Part shown: piece after piece, positions 17,548-24,907 of the stretch | Layout of the letters: the number at the start of each line of letters is the position of its first letter | Position numbering within the stretch: position 1 is the first letter of the stretch | Assembly (NCBI GenBank): GCA_965231125.1 | Contig: OZ246414.1 | Span: 709,924 to 755,439 of the forward strand | DNA length: 45,516 bases | Origin: an uncultured Gammaproteobacteria bacterium | GTDB lineage: Bacteria > Patescibacteriota > Microgenomatia > Woykebacterales > RBG-16-39-9b | Direction: 5' to 3' | Program-made: the position numbers and the translations under genes | The notes under the pieces: generated by a model | What the model was told of the DNA's origin: nothing | Seen by the model: the letters and a program-made list of their open reading frames with translations, nothing else | The model's database searches: none

Positions 17548-17600
17548 AATTTACCCCACTTCATAGCCGCTCTTATATAATGTAAGAGCCGCTTAATTTT

Positions 17601-18347
17601 ATGAAAATACCCGAAGCATTAAAAAGTTCAAAATTTGATAAAACCGAAGCCGAAATTATTTTGGCCGATCTTCTCGGAAAAGATCGATCTTATATCATAG
17701 CTCATCCGGAATACAATTTATCCAAGGGGCAGATGCTTTCGTTTACCAATAAATTAAAGCGGCGGGAGAAACATGAGCCACTCGCCTATATTTTAGGTTA
17801 TAAAGAATTTTACGGATTAAAATTTTTTATAGATAGTCGTGTCCTAATCCCCCGCCCCGAAACCGAAAAACTTATTGATGAGACAATCGCATTTGTTAAC
17901 AAAACTTTCCCAAAAAAGAAAATTAAAATTGCCGACGTCGGTACTGGGAGCGGTTGTATTGCTATAACTTTAGCGAGACTCGTACCCGCGGCAAAAATTT
18001 ACGCAGTGGACGTTGACGAAGAAGCGCTTGTCGTTGCCAGGAAGAACTCTACTTACCATAAAACCAACGGTAAAATTACTTTTTTAAAAGGCGGCCTCCT
18101 TTCTCCCCTTCCAAAAAATATAGACATTATTGTGGCAAATCTTCCCTATATACCAACGGGCAAAATTGGGGGTCTGCAACCAGAAATTACAAAATGGGAA
18201 CCGAAAGTGGCTCTTGACGGCGGGGCCGACGGAATGGATTTATACCAAGATCTTTTCAAGCATGTTAATAGTTACTTAAACCTGGAGGGAGTTATATTTT
18301 ATGAGTTCGATGGTAAAATTTACCAAAAACGCAATGCTAGTGGCTAG
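17601..18347 (+). CDS. prmC: release factor glutamine N5-methyltransferase (PrmC/HemK)
   Basis: SAM motif DVGTGSGCIA and motif IV present as NLPYIP (canonical NPPY). It follows prfA. Confidence 0.85.
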   Translation: MKIPEALKSSKFDKTEAEIILADLLGKDRSYIIAHPEYNLSKGQMLSFTNKLKRREKHEPLAYILGYKEFYGLKFFIDSRVLIPRPETEKLIDETIAFVNKTFPKKKIKIADVGTGSGCIAITLARLVPAAKIYAVDVDEEALVVARKNSTYHKTNGKITFLKGGLLSPLPKNIDIIVANLPYIPTGKIGGLQPEITKWEPKVALDGGADGMDLYQDLFKHVNSYLNLEGVIFYEFDGKIYQKRNASG

Positions 18348-18364
18348 TTACTAATAGCTAACCC

Positions 18365-19060
18365 CTAACCTTCCGGCGGTCTATCCAAGGGAACCCCCTC
18401 CGGCACAAATACATTGGAATCCCGATACCGACCTGTCCACCAACGGTAAAGGAAAAATCCCAGCGCGATAACTATAATTATATAAATTAAAAGGATGACT
18501 ACTTTTCCAGCCGTAGCGGTTGTCACCAACGGTTTACTGGCGGATGAGCCGCCAATGTAAAGAAACGATTCCGCTACCTCGGACAAAATATCCTTGCCTG
18601 TACCGTGCGCAGCAATATTAGAATCTGTAGTTGTACCGCTGTTAAAATCAAAAGTGAGGGCTTCTTGTCCGGCAGAAAGAGCTTTAAACTTCACCGTGAC
18701 AAAACGGGCTTCTCCTGAAAAAAATGGTCCTTGTACCGGTGCCAGAGCAGTTACGGTAACTTTTCCATCCTCAATTTTTTTAACCGGGTAGTTTTGGTAA
18801 GACTCACCACCCTCAACCGACAAAGCCTGCAGTTTATCCGGATTAAAGGTTAGGACAACATCGGCTCCATCGGTATGAGTCTTACCAGTATCAATACTTA
18901 TATCCACGGAAAACTCTTGGCCGGAAGAAGTATTTACCACCTCTGGGCTAATTGAAAAACTTGCCGCAAAAGCCCCTCCAGCCAAAAATAACAATAAGGT
19001 AAGTCCGGCCAATGTACCTATTAACAAATGTCGAAAACGTAATCTTATGAAATTTGTCAT
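18365..19060 (-). CDS. cohesin-like domain surface protein with C-terminal membrane anchor
   Basis: Signal peptide, a cohesin-like beta-sandwich region (FSVDISIDTG...ADVVLTFNPDKLQALSVEGG) and a C-terminal TM helix VVILLIYIIIVIALGFFLY. ATG at 19060. Confidence 0.65.
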   Translation of the reverse strand: MTNFIRLRFRHLLIGTLAGLTLLLFLAGGAFAASFSISPEVVNTSSGQEFSVDISIDTGKTHTDGADVVLTFNPDKLQALSVEGGESYQNYPVKKIEDGKVTVTALAPVQGPFFSGEARFVTVKFKALSAGQEALTFDFNSGTTTDSNIAAHGTGKDILSEVAESFLYIGGSSASKPLVTTATAGKVVILLIYIIIVIALGFFLYRWWTGRYRDSNVFVPEGVPLDRPPEG

Positions 19061-19094
19061 ACTAACCACCAATCACTAAATAACTAATGACCGG

Positions 19095-20198
19095 TTAACT
19101 CCCCTTCCTTCCATAGTTTCTTACTAAGATAGAGTAATCTAAAGAATTAATACTAGTATCCAAATTCAAATCCGCCACTGTAGCGCCACCCGCTATATCG
19201 GAAAAAAACGAATTAACATCAACTGAATTTATCTTGTTATCGACGTTTAAATCGCCTAAATAAAGTCTTCCAACTTTAATTGTCGGTTTATAGTCAGCTG
19301 CCTTGAAATGGATTCTCTTCCGCAAAAGATTTTGTCCTTCTATTTCGAAAAGGTAGCGCTTGTTTTGTTTTAAAATCCCCTTTGCTACTTCAAGACGAAT
19401 TTCTTTAGTTGAAGAGGAGACACTGACTTCTTGACTGAACCGGGTGCTAGCGACCGAAATTTTTATTTGCAAAAGTCCTTGAAGTTCCGACAGCGGCTTC
19501 AACTTCACATCGATAAAAGTGATTGATTTATCGCCGGCCGGTGGAGGCTTCGGCGTAATCGGCACTGTTGACGGCGGGTATGAGATAATTGGTGGCGGTT
19601 TTGGCTTGGTAGTTGGTGGTGGAGGTTTAGAAGTAGGTAATTTAACAGTAATCGTTATACTTTTGCTCACCGGTCCACCCGGCCCTTTCGCAGTGATTTT
19701 ATAAGTCGTTGTAGAGCTTGGCTTAACCGCTATTTTTCCCGAGAGAGGAACTGGCCCCAAAGGATATATATTAACCGAACTTGCCCTCGTAGATGTCCAA
19801 CTTAGGGTGGAACTATCACCCTTAATTATGGTTGTTTTTGAGGCGGAAAAAGTTACTGTTGGCGGGCAAGTTTCCCCAATGTGACTAAGTTCAATGTCTT
19901 CGTCTTTCGAATTAACCCTACCGTCGTTATTAAGATCATATGTTGGATTATAATTGCCCGACCCCGCACCAGTACTATGATGAAGATGAATAAGATTAAC
20001 ATCTTTGTTATCTACTACTCCATCCCCGTTTAAATCATAACAAGTAGCCGCCTGTGACGCTATCGGTTTTTGGTTTAGTGAAGTAGCCACCGTAACTGGA
20101 ACCAGTGCCAAAATAAGCAGTGTGATAGCTAAAAGATATGCCTGCTTGGGTGAAATGAATTTTTCTGGGTTTAGGATCGGTTCGAAAAAACTAGCCAC
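19095..20198 (-). CDS. dockerin-repeat protein with Ig-like domain and proline-rich linker
   Basis: EF-hand-like dockerin repeats DLNGDGVVDNKD and DLNNDGRVNSKD lie near the N-terminus. DLNVDNKINSVD and DLNLDTSINSLD lie at the C-terminus. It has a PPPPTTKPKPPP linker and a GTG start. Confidence 0.72.
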   Translation of the reverse strand: MASFFEPILNPEKFISPKQAYLLAITLLILALVPVTVATSLNQKPIASQAATCYDLNGDGVVDNKDVNLIHLHHSTGAGSGNYNPTYDLNNDGRVNSKDEDIELSHIGETCPPTVTFSASKTTIIKGDSSTLSWTSTRASSVNIYPLGPVPLSGKIAVKPSSTTTYKITAKGPGGPVSKSITITVKLPTSKPPPPTTKPKPPPIISYPPSTVPITPKPPPAGDKSITFIDVKLKPLSELQGLLQIKISVASTRFSQEVSVSSSTKEIRLEVAKGILKQNKRYLFEIEGQNLLRKRIHFKAADYKPTIKVGRLYLGDLNVDNKINSVDVNSFFSDIAGGATVADLNLDTSINSLDYSILVRNYGRKGS

Positions 20199-20260
20199 TG
20201 TCTAAATGCTAGCAGAAATCCGTCTAAAATAGCAACTTTGATGGTAAAATTTCTCTCGAT

Positions 20261-21412
20261 TTAACCGGAGGGTGCCTCTCCAAGCCTTACTTTAATTTTT
20301 AAATCCTGGCCGTTTCTATTTAGCTCAACTTGAATTGTATCACCAACTTTATATTTCCCTAAAATCTGGGCCAACCCTTCCGACTCCGTAACTGCCTGAT
20401 CATCAATTTTGGTGATGATGTCGCCAGAATGGATCCCGGCAGACTCAGCCGTCGTTCCCGGCAAAACTTGACGGACAAAGGCTCCCTGCGGAATTCCTTG
20501 CACCGATGCAATATCCTGCCCAATCATTTCGTACGAAATTCCCAGGTAGGGTTTTATAATCTTGCCGGTCTTTTTATATTGATCAATAACCGGCTTTAAT
20601 GTGTTTATCGGAATGACAAACCCAATGTTTTGGGCGTCTTGAGAGACAGCGAAATTGATCCCCACCACTTGCCCGGCCAAATTTAAGAGCGGTCCGCCGG
20701 AGTTTCCTGGGTTTAAGGCAGCATCGGTCTGAATAACATTGTCCAGGGTTTCTTGGGAGAGACCTGTGGAATCGGAAGCGGTTATCCCTCGACCGATACC
20801 GGAAACTACACCAGTTGTCACGGTATTGGTGAACCGACCTAAAGCGTTACCAATAGCAATAACGTCTTGCCCGACTTTCAAAGAACTGGAATCGCCAAGT
20901 TTCAAGCTGGGCAAATCTTTACCAGAAATTTTAAGAATAGCAAAGTCATTGGAGGCGTCGCGATCAATTTTTTCAACCTTGTACTTTTTATTATCCTTGG
21001 TTAAAACAGTGTAACTAATACTAGTGTCGCTTACTACATGATCGTTCGTCAAAACAATTCCGGATGGGTCGATAATAAAACCGGTACCAATCCCCTGTTC
21101 GCTTCTCACCGGGCCTTTTTGGGGATCAAAATTAATTGTTTCAGCGAGTATCGAAACCACTGCCGGAGAATCTTTTTGAACTGTATCGGTAACTGCCGAT
21201 TCCTCAACTGTGCGAACTATTTTTTCACTACTTGCAGCCTGGCTGCTCGATACAACTTGGGTTGATGGTCTCAAAAAGGCTGGTACAGAACCTTTAAAAG
21301 GCAGGCTCTGGTACCAAGAAGGATAAGTGACTGCCCCAAGACCGCCAAAAAAGACGGCCAAAAAGACAGCTAAAACAAAAATAGCTTCTTTGGGGACAGA
21401 TTTTAAAGGCAT
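20261..21412 (-). CDS. htrA: HtrA/DegP-family serine protease with PDZ domain
   Basis: Catalytic contexts TNDHV and GNSGGPL, a C-terminal PDZ (GDIITKIDD) and an N-terminal TM anchor. Confidence 0.9.
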   Translation of the reverse strand: MPLKSVPKEAIFVLAVFLAVFFGGLGAVTYPSWYQSLPFKGSVPAFLRPSTQVVSSSQAASSEKIVRTVEESAVTDTVQKDSPAVVSILAETINFDPQKGPVRSEQGIGTGFIIDPSGIVLTNDHVVSDTSISYTVLTKDNKKYKVEKIDRDASNDFAILKISGKDLPSLKLGDSSSLKVGQDVIAIGNALGRFTNTVTTGVVSGIGRGITASDSTGLSQETLDNVIQTDAALNPGNSGGPLLNLAGQVVGINFAVSQDAQNIGFVIPINTLKPVIDQYKKTGKIIKPYLGISYEMIGQDIASVQGIPQGAFVRQVLPGTTAESAGIHSGDIITKIDDQAVTESEGLAQILGKYKVGDTIQVELNRNGQDLKIKVRLGEAPSG

Positions 21413-21463
21413 TGTCTTTGATTATACAAAAGCTTTCCTACGGATTCAAGGAATTTATGTTAC

Positions 21464-21497
21464 AAAAAGAAAAGGTGCCGATCGAAAAACCGACACC
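21464..21497 (-). terminator. imperfect intrinsic terminator
   Basis: GGTGCCG/CGACACC stem with one mismatch, followed on the minus strand by TTTTCTTTTT. Confidence 0.45.
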
Positions 21498-21511
21498 TAG
21501 ACAGTTGTTAC

Positions 21512-21799
21512 CTAAAGACCAGCGTCCTGCTTCTTCTTGAGAATTGCCGCTTCAACATCAACGGCAGTCGGTCCGGTGATTACATGAGCCTGACCATCTT
21601 CGATGTAGTAACCGAAAGGTTTTCGGTCGCTAACTCTTAAACCGCCAAGCTGATGTAGTGCCGGGACTCTCGAAACAGCCTCAGCAGGCCACTGAAAATG
21701 ATGATTCGTAACAAACTCTTGCTTTCTCGCTCTTTTCTTCAGATCTTCGAACGCCTTCTTTCGATCCTCAATAAACTCAATTTGCGCAATTGTGGTCAT
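21512..21799 (-). CDS. hypothetical protein (orphan, GC-richer)
   Basis: 95 aa counted from ATG at 21799, which is preceded by AAGGAAGGAGAG. No recognisable motif. Confidence 0.5.
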   Translation of the reverse strand: MTTIAQIEFIEDRKKAFEDLKKRARKQEFVTNHHFQWPAEAVSRVPALHQLGGLRVSDRKPFGYYIEDGQAHVITGPTAVDVEAAILKKKQDAGL

Positions 21800-21823
21800 A
21801 ACTCTCCTTCCTTGAATTTTGGG

Positions 21824-21857
21824 CACAAAAAAACCGGTTCCTCTCCGGAAACCGGCT
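21824..21857 (-). terminator. rho-independent terminator downstream of purC-purE
   Basis: CCGGTT...AACCGG hairpin region (21834-21855), followed on the minus strand by a T7 run. Confidence 0.65.
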
Positions 21858-21965
21858 TACTTGCGCCTTTGCGCGGCCTTTTTGGTTGGGAAAATATTCA
21901 CCATACCAAAAACTTATTAAAACACTTTAGAAAAACTCTGTCAATCCTTAAAATTGGGCTTTAAC

Positions 21966-23312
21966 CTAGCTATTTGACTCAATTACCTTTTTCTTCAATT
22001 CCTTTTGAAAGTTGTAGACTCTCGCCCAAGTTAACAAATTACTTTCGCCAAAGATTTTGGCAGATGCGACGGCGGTGGCCTCCGGCTCAATTACAGTTAA
22101 AGCACCGGAGCCAGACGGCAACCGCAGAGAGGAATAAATATCGGCCCCGCCAAATTTTTCTGAATACGGCGGGCAATTTATCACTGTGTTTGGCGTGGCA
22201 AAATCCAAATATGCACCAAGAGCGTTAGACCTTCCCGCAACCGCAACATAAACGATTTTGGGATTCATAGAATCCAGTTTTCGCACCCAACTACTTACAT
22301 ACTCCGGCGTTTTATGAGCCGATGCCACAACCACCAGAGTTTTAATGCCAGAAAATTTCGCAAGGTGTTTTTTTATTTCATCAATCCAAGGCATGTCGCT
22401 CGCCGAGCCGGCAATAATCGCGCAAACGCCAGCCTCTTCCTTAACAAAATCGCTAGTTAACTCCGCGACGGATCGGTATTTCGCCGCAACCTGCTCAAGA
22501 CCCTCTTTTGTCGCCGAAATTAAATTTCGATAAATTTGTTTATCCAGCATTGCCTCTTTTTGCCCGCCCGGCCAAAGCCTCCAACTGTCATTATCAATTA
22601 CGTCAGCGACAATAATATTCCCCTTTGTATCAAAACCGAATTCTATTTTTAAATCAACTAGTTGGATGTCGTGGCTTCCCCAGGCCCGTTCCAAAACAAT
22701 AAAAACTTCCTTGAGTGTTTCGTACATTTCTCCCACCATCCAGTCTGTGACTATTTTTCCGGCTCGGGATTTTATTTGCTTAACGGTTTCCATAAACCCA
22801 GCCCGCCTCATAAGCTTTGCATCATAAAAGAGCCACTGCCTGGTTTGCGGATCGTACTCCACCATCGGATCGTGTTTTGAGTCGTCTTTATAAAAAATTT
22901 CCGTGACAAGAGTGTCAAACCGATGGCCTTCGGCAACCTGCGGGTTGCGCTTTAAATAACTTCCAGTGGCAATTCTTCTCGCCACCACTTCCAGCGGGAT
23001 CATATCTACCTTTTTAACAATTTGCTCGTTACTAGTGAGGCTTGCCCCACGAAACTTTAGTGAAGTGGGGTCGACAAAATGGGTTGGGATACCAGCGGCA
23101 GTGAGAAGTTTAAAACAGTTTGCGGAAGTAGTGGCCGCCCAAGCCCCTTTACCCGGTAAAACATCATGTTTCGCTCCATCACCAGCCGTAATATCGTCTT
23201 TAAGGACTACTCGCGCGAGCGACTTGTCACGCGGAAATGGATAAATAATTTTTGTCTTGCCCTCAGCAAGTTTTCTCCCGCGGGTTTTAGTTTGGACTTT
23301 AGATCTTGCCAT
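21966..23312 (-). CDS. purC-purE: bifunctional SAICAR synthetase / PurE-type (N5-)CAIR mutase fusion
   Basis: The N-terminal ~300 aa are SAICAR-synthase-like (LEVVARRIATGS, DFKIEFG-type LVDLKIEFGF). The C-terminal ~150 aa are PurE-like (IIAGSASDMP, ASAHKTP, VAGRSNALG). ATG at 23312. Confidence 0.85.
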   Translation of the reverse strand: MARSKVQTKTRGRKLAEGKTKIIYPFPRDKSLARVVLKDDITAGDGAKHDVLPGKGAWAATTSANCFKLLTAAGIPTHFVDPTSLKFRGASLTSNEQIVKKVDMIPLEVVARRIATGSYLKRNPQVAEGHRFDTLVTEIFYKDDSKHDPMVEYDPQTRQWLFYDAKLMRRAGFMETVKQIKSRAGKIVTDWMVGEMYETLKEVFIVLERAWGSHDIQLVDLKIEFGFDTKGNIIVADVIDNDSWRLWPGGQKEAMLDKQIYRNLISATKEGLEQVAAKYRSVAELTSDFVKEEAGVCAIIAGSASDMPWIDEIKKHLAKFSGIKTLVVVASAHKTPEYVSSWVRKLDSMNPKIVYVAVAGRSNALGAYLDFATPNTVINCPPYSEKFGGADIYSSLRLPSGSGALTVIEPEATAVASAKIFGESNLLTWARVYNFQKELKKKVIESNS

Positions 23313-23352
23313 GTTTACCAACAAAAACTGCCCTTTCGGGCAGATTTACTTC

Positions 23353-23381
23353 ATATTAACTAGAAGCAAAGAGAAAGTAAA
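23353..23381 (-). promoter_or_regulatory. promoter TTTACT-17-TAATAT of purC-purE
   Basis: -10 at 23353-23358 and -35 at 23376-23381, minus strand. A hairpin plus T-run (23328-23343) lies between it and the ATG. Confidence 0.5.
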
Positions 23382-23452
23382 GTCTTTGATCCACTTTGTA
23401 ATGAAAAGTCTATATTGTTTTTAGTAGGAGTGTCTGTTAGCTTATATTTCCT

Positions 23453-23617
23453 ATGCCAGTTTTGTATTCGTGCGATATTTGCGGAAAACATATTGAACGT
23501 CTTGACTCAATACAAATTTTTGGAAGTGACAAGATCGGTATTATTTGTGAAAACTGTTGGAGACCAATTGAAAAACAATTAACCGAAAAGGAGGTCGCTG
23601 ATGTTAACGAAAGATGA
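23453..23617 (+). CDS. possible 54-aa zinc-ribbon-like peptide
   Basis: MPVLYSCDICGKHIERLD...ICENCWRPIE contains a CxxC...CxxC pair. It is below the ORF-track cutoff and overlaps the next ORF by 17 nt. Confidence 0.35.
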   Translation: MPVLYSCDICGKHIERLDSIQIFGSDKIGIICENCWRPIEKQLTEKEVADVNER

Positions 23618-23810
23618 TCTAAAAGATATCCAGAAATTGTTAAAACAGGAGTTACACCCTTTAGAAGAAAGGCTAGATGTCAACACCGCTAGCGTCATGA
23701 AAATTGAAGCAGATATTGGTATGGCACTTGAGCTACGTGAAGATGTTTCTCAGGTTAGAAAACAAGTTTCAAACCACGAAGAAAGAATTTCCCACTTAGA
23801 AAAGTTTTAA
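23601..23810 (+). CDS. small coiled-coil protein, unknown function
   Basis: 69-aa ORF with ATG preceded by AAAAGGAGG. The sequence is heptad-like and charged. Confidence 0.5.
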   Translation: MLTKDDLKDIQKLLKQELHPLEERLDVNTASVMKIEADIGMALELREDVSQVRKQVSNHEERISHLEKF

Positions 23811-23913
23811 TGAAGCAAAAAGAAACCGGCTAGTAGTTAGTGCTCGAAAGCAATAACAACCAGCCGGTGAAAGTTCCAGGTCGAGGTGTAGTGGGTCCAC
23901 CCCAACCATTCAG

Positions 23914-24615
23914 TTAGGCGGTTTTTAGCTGGTAGGGAAGGTAGTCCTCGATTCGATCGCGGACATAGTAACCAAACCTACCTGCCAAGTTGTGTGTCTT
24001 CCAGAACCGCCCCTTCGCCTGCTTGGAAAAGTAAGAGTAGGTGTCAAGGTCGACATCCTTCCCTTCTCTCCAATCTCGGCGGGCCTGCTCTTCATCGTCA
24101 AAACAGCTTTTGGCGTAAGCGGCGAGGCTTCGTAGGACGTAGTCCACCTCGTGTCGGTTGGCGTTCTCCTCTGTGTCAGGTGAGAACCCGAAGGTCTCTT
24201 TGAACAGACGTCGCTCGCGCCAAGACACGGCGCCGGAGGGAAAAGCTGCAACTTCTAGAGGCAGCCAAATACCAACTCCGACAAACCTGTAGGCCGTTTC
24301 AGCCGCCGTTCCCCCGAAGAAGAACCAGACCACACCAACAATAGCTGTCACAACTCCAACGTAGGAGCCGGCAGCGATGCCAATGGTGATCCACGGCAGT
24401 GAGAAAATGAATTCCACTGATATTCTCCTTCCCCTTCGGTACTTCCGAAGGATAGTCGGTGCTTCCGACAGACACGATACTTCCAGTGCTTCTGGAAGCT
24501 GCGGGTGCTTCCCGCGGATCCCAACAGGCCCCACTAACCTGTAGAGAACAAAATTACCAAGCTGTGCTTGGGAAAGGTTGATGGCCTCCAAATTGGTCAA
24601 AAAACCACTTCGCAA
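23914..24615 (-). CDS. orphan membrane protein, unknown function
   Basis: 233-aa ORF with two or three hydrophobic helices in the middle and a consensus promoter just upstream. The exact start is uncertain: a TTG at 24615 abutting GGTGGA. Confidence 0.5.
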   Translation of the reverse strand: MRSGFLTNLEAINLSQAQLGNFVLYRLVGPVGIRGKHPQLPEALEVSCLSEAPTILRKYRRGRRISVEFIFSLPWITIGIAAGSYVGVVTAIVGVVWFFFGGTAAETAYRFVGVGIWLPLEVAAFPSGAVSWRERRLFKETFGFSPDTEENANRHEVDYVLRSLAAYAKSCFDDEEQARRDWREGKDVDLDTYSYFSKQAKGRFWKTHNLAGRFGYYVRDRIEDYLPYQLKTA

Positions 24616-24633
24616 TCCACCAAAACTATAGTA

Positions 24634-24662
24634 ATTATAGCATACTATGGGACAAAAGTCAA
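24634..24662 (-). promoter_or_regulatory. consensus promoter TTGACT-17-TATAAT for the 23914-24615 gene
   Basis: -10 at 24634-24639 and -35 at 24657-24662, minus strand. Confidence 0.65.
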
Positions 24663-24664
24663 GC

Positions 24665-24694
24665 TTGTCTCCTTTTTTCCTAGATCAGTTAAAT
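24665..24694 (+). promoter_or_regulatory. candidate promoter TTGTCT-18-TTAAAT for the structured element
   Basis: It sits back to back with the minus-strand promoter around an AAGCTT core. The predicted start coincides with the first base conserved between the two element copies. Confidence 0.4.
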
Positions 24695-24699
24695 TTCTA

Positions 24700-24903
24700 A
24701 ACCGCTCTGCAAGAGCACTTTTTTCCGGCCTGGATTAGTCAGCGTTAAGCCCTGAACCAGATGCGCGTGGGCGAAGTAAAATTCCACCTGTTTGACGAGA
24801 GTTTTTAACTCAAGGAGTTTGGAATTTTAACGAAGCAATTGGTTCAGGGTAGCTGGAGGATCCCGGCCGGTCGTTTGGCGTTACCTTTTCGGTAAAAGGT
24901 AAC
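24700..24903 (+). ncRNA. candidate structured RNA / repeat element, copy 1
   Basis: About 205 nt, repeated at 32439-32625. CCGGCC...GGCCGG closing helix, 9-bp CCCTGAACC/GGTTCAGGG helix and a 10-bp terminal hairpin with a compensatory change between copies. Confidence 0.45.
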
Positions 24904-24907
24904 AAAA

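Noticed and set aside
23325-23352. Purine riboswitch in the purC-purE leader
   Set aside because: The leader between the predicted -10 and the ATG is only about 40 nt with a single 6-bp hairpin. That is far too short for a three-way-junction purine aptamer.
23925-24251. 108-aa alternative-frame ORF inside the 233-aa orphan gene
   Set aside because: It is a shorter, Arg/Pro/Ser/Thr-rich out-of-frame reading of a GC-richer region. The longer frame has hydrophobic helices and a promoter.
24700-24903. The two-copy element as 6S RNA, a riboswitch, tmRNA, RNase P or SRP RNA
   Set aside because: There is no downstream same-strand gene, so it is not a riboswitch or leader. It lacks the tRNA-like ends of tmRNA, the GAGGAAAGUCC-type core of RNase P and the SRP domain IV motif. 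A 6S-like rod is conceivable, but the paired core is only about 125-146 nt, no clear central bubble is visible and two copies sit 8 kb apart. I cannot assign it without a covariance-model search.
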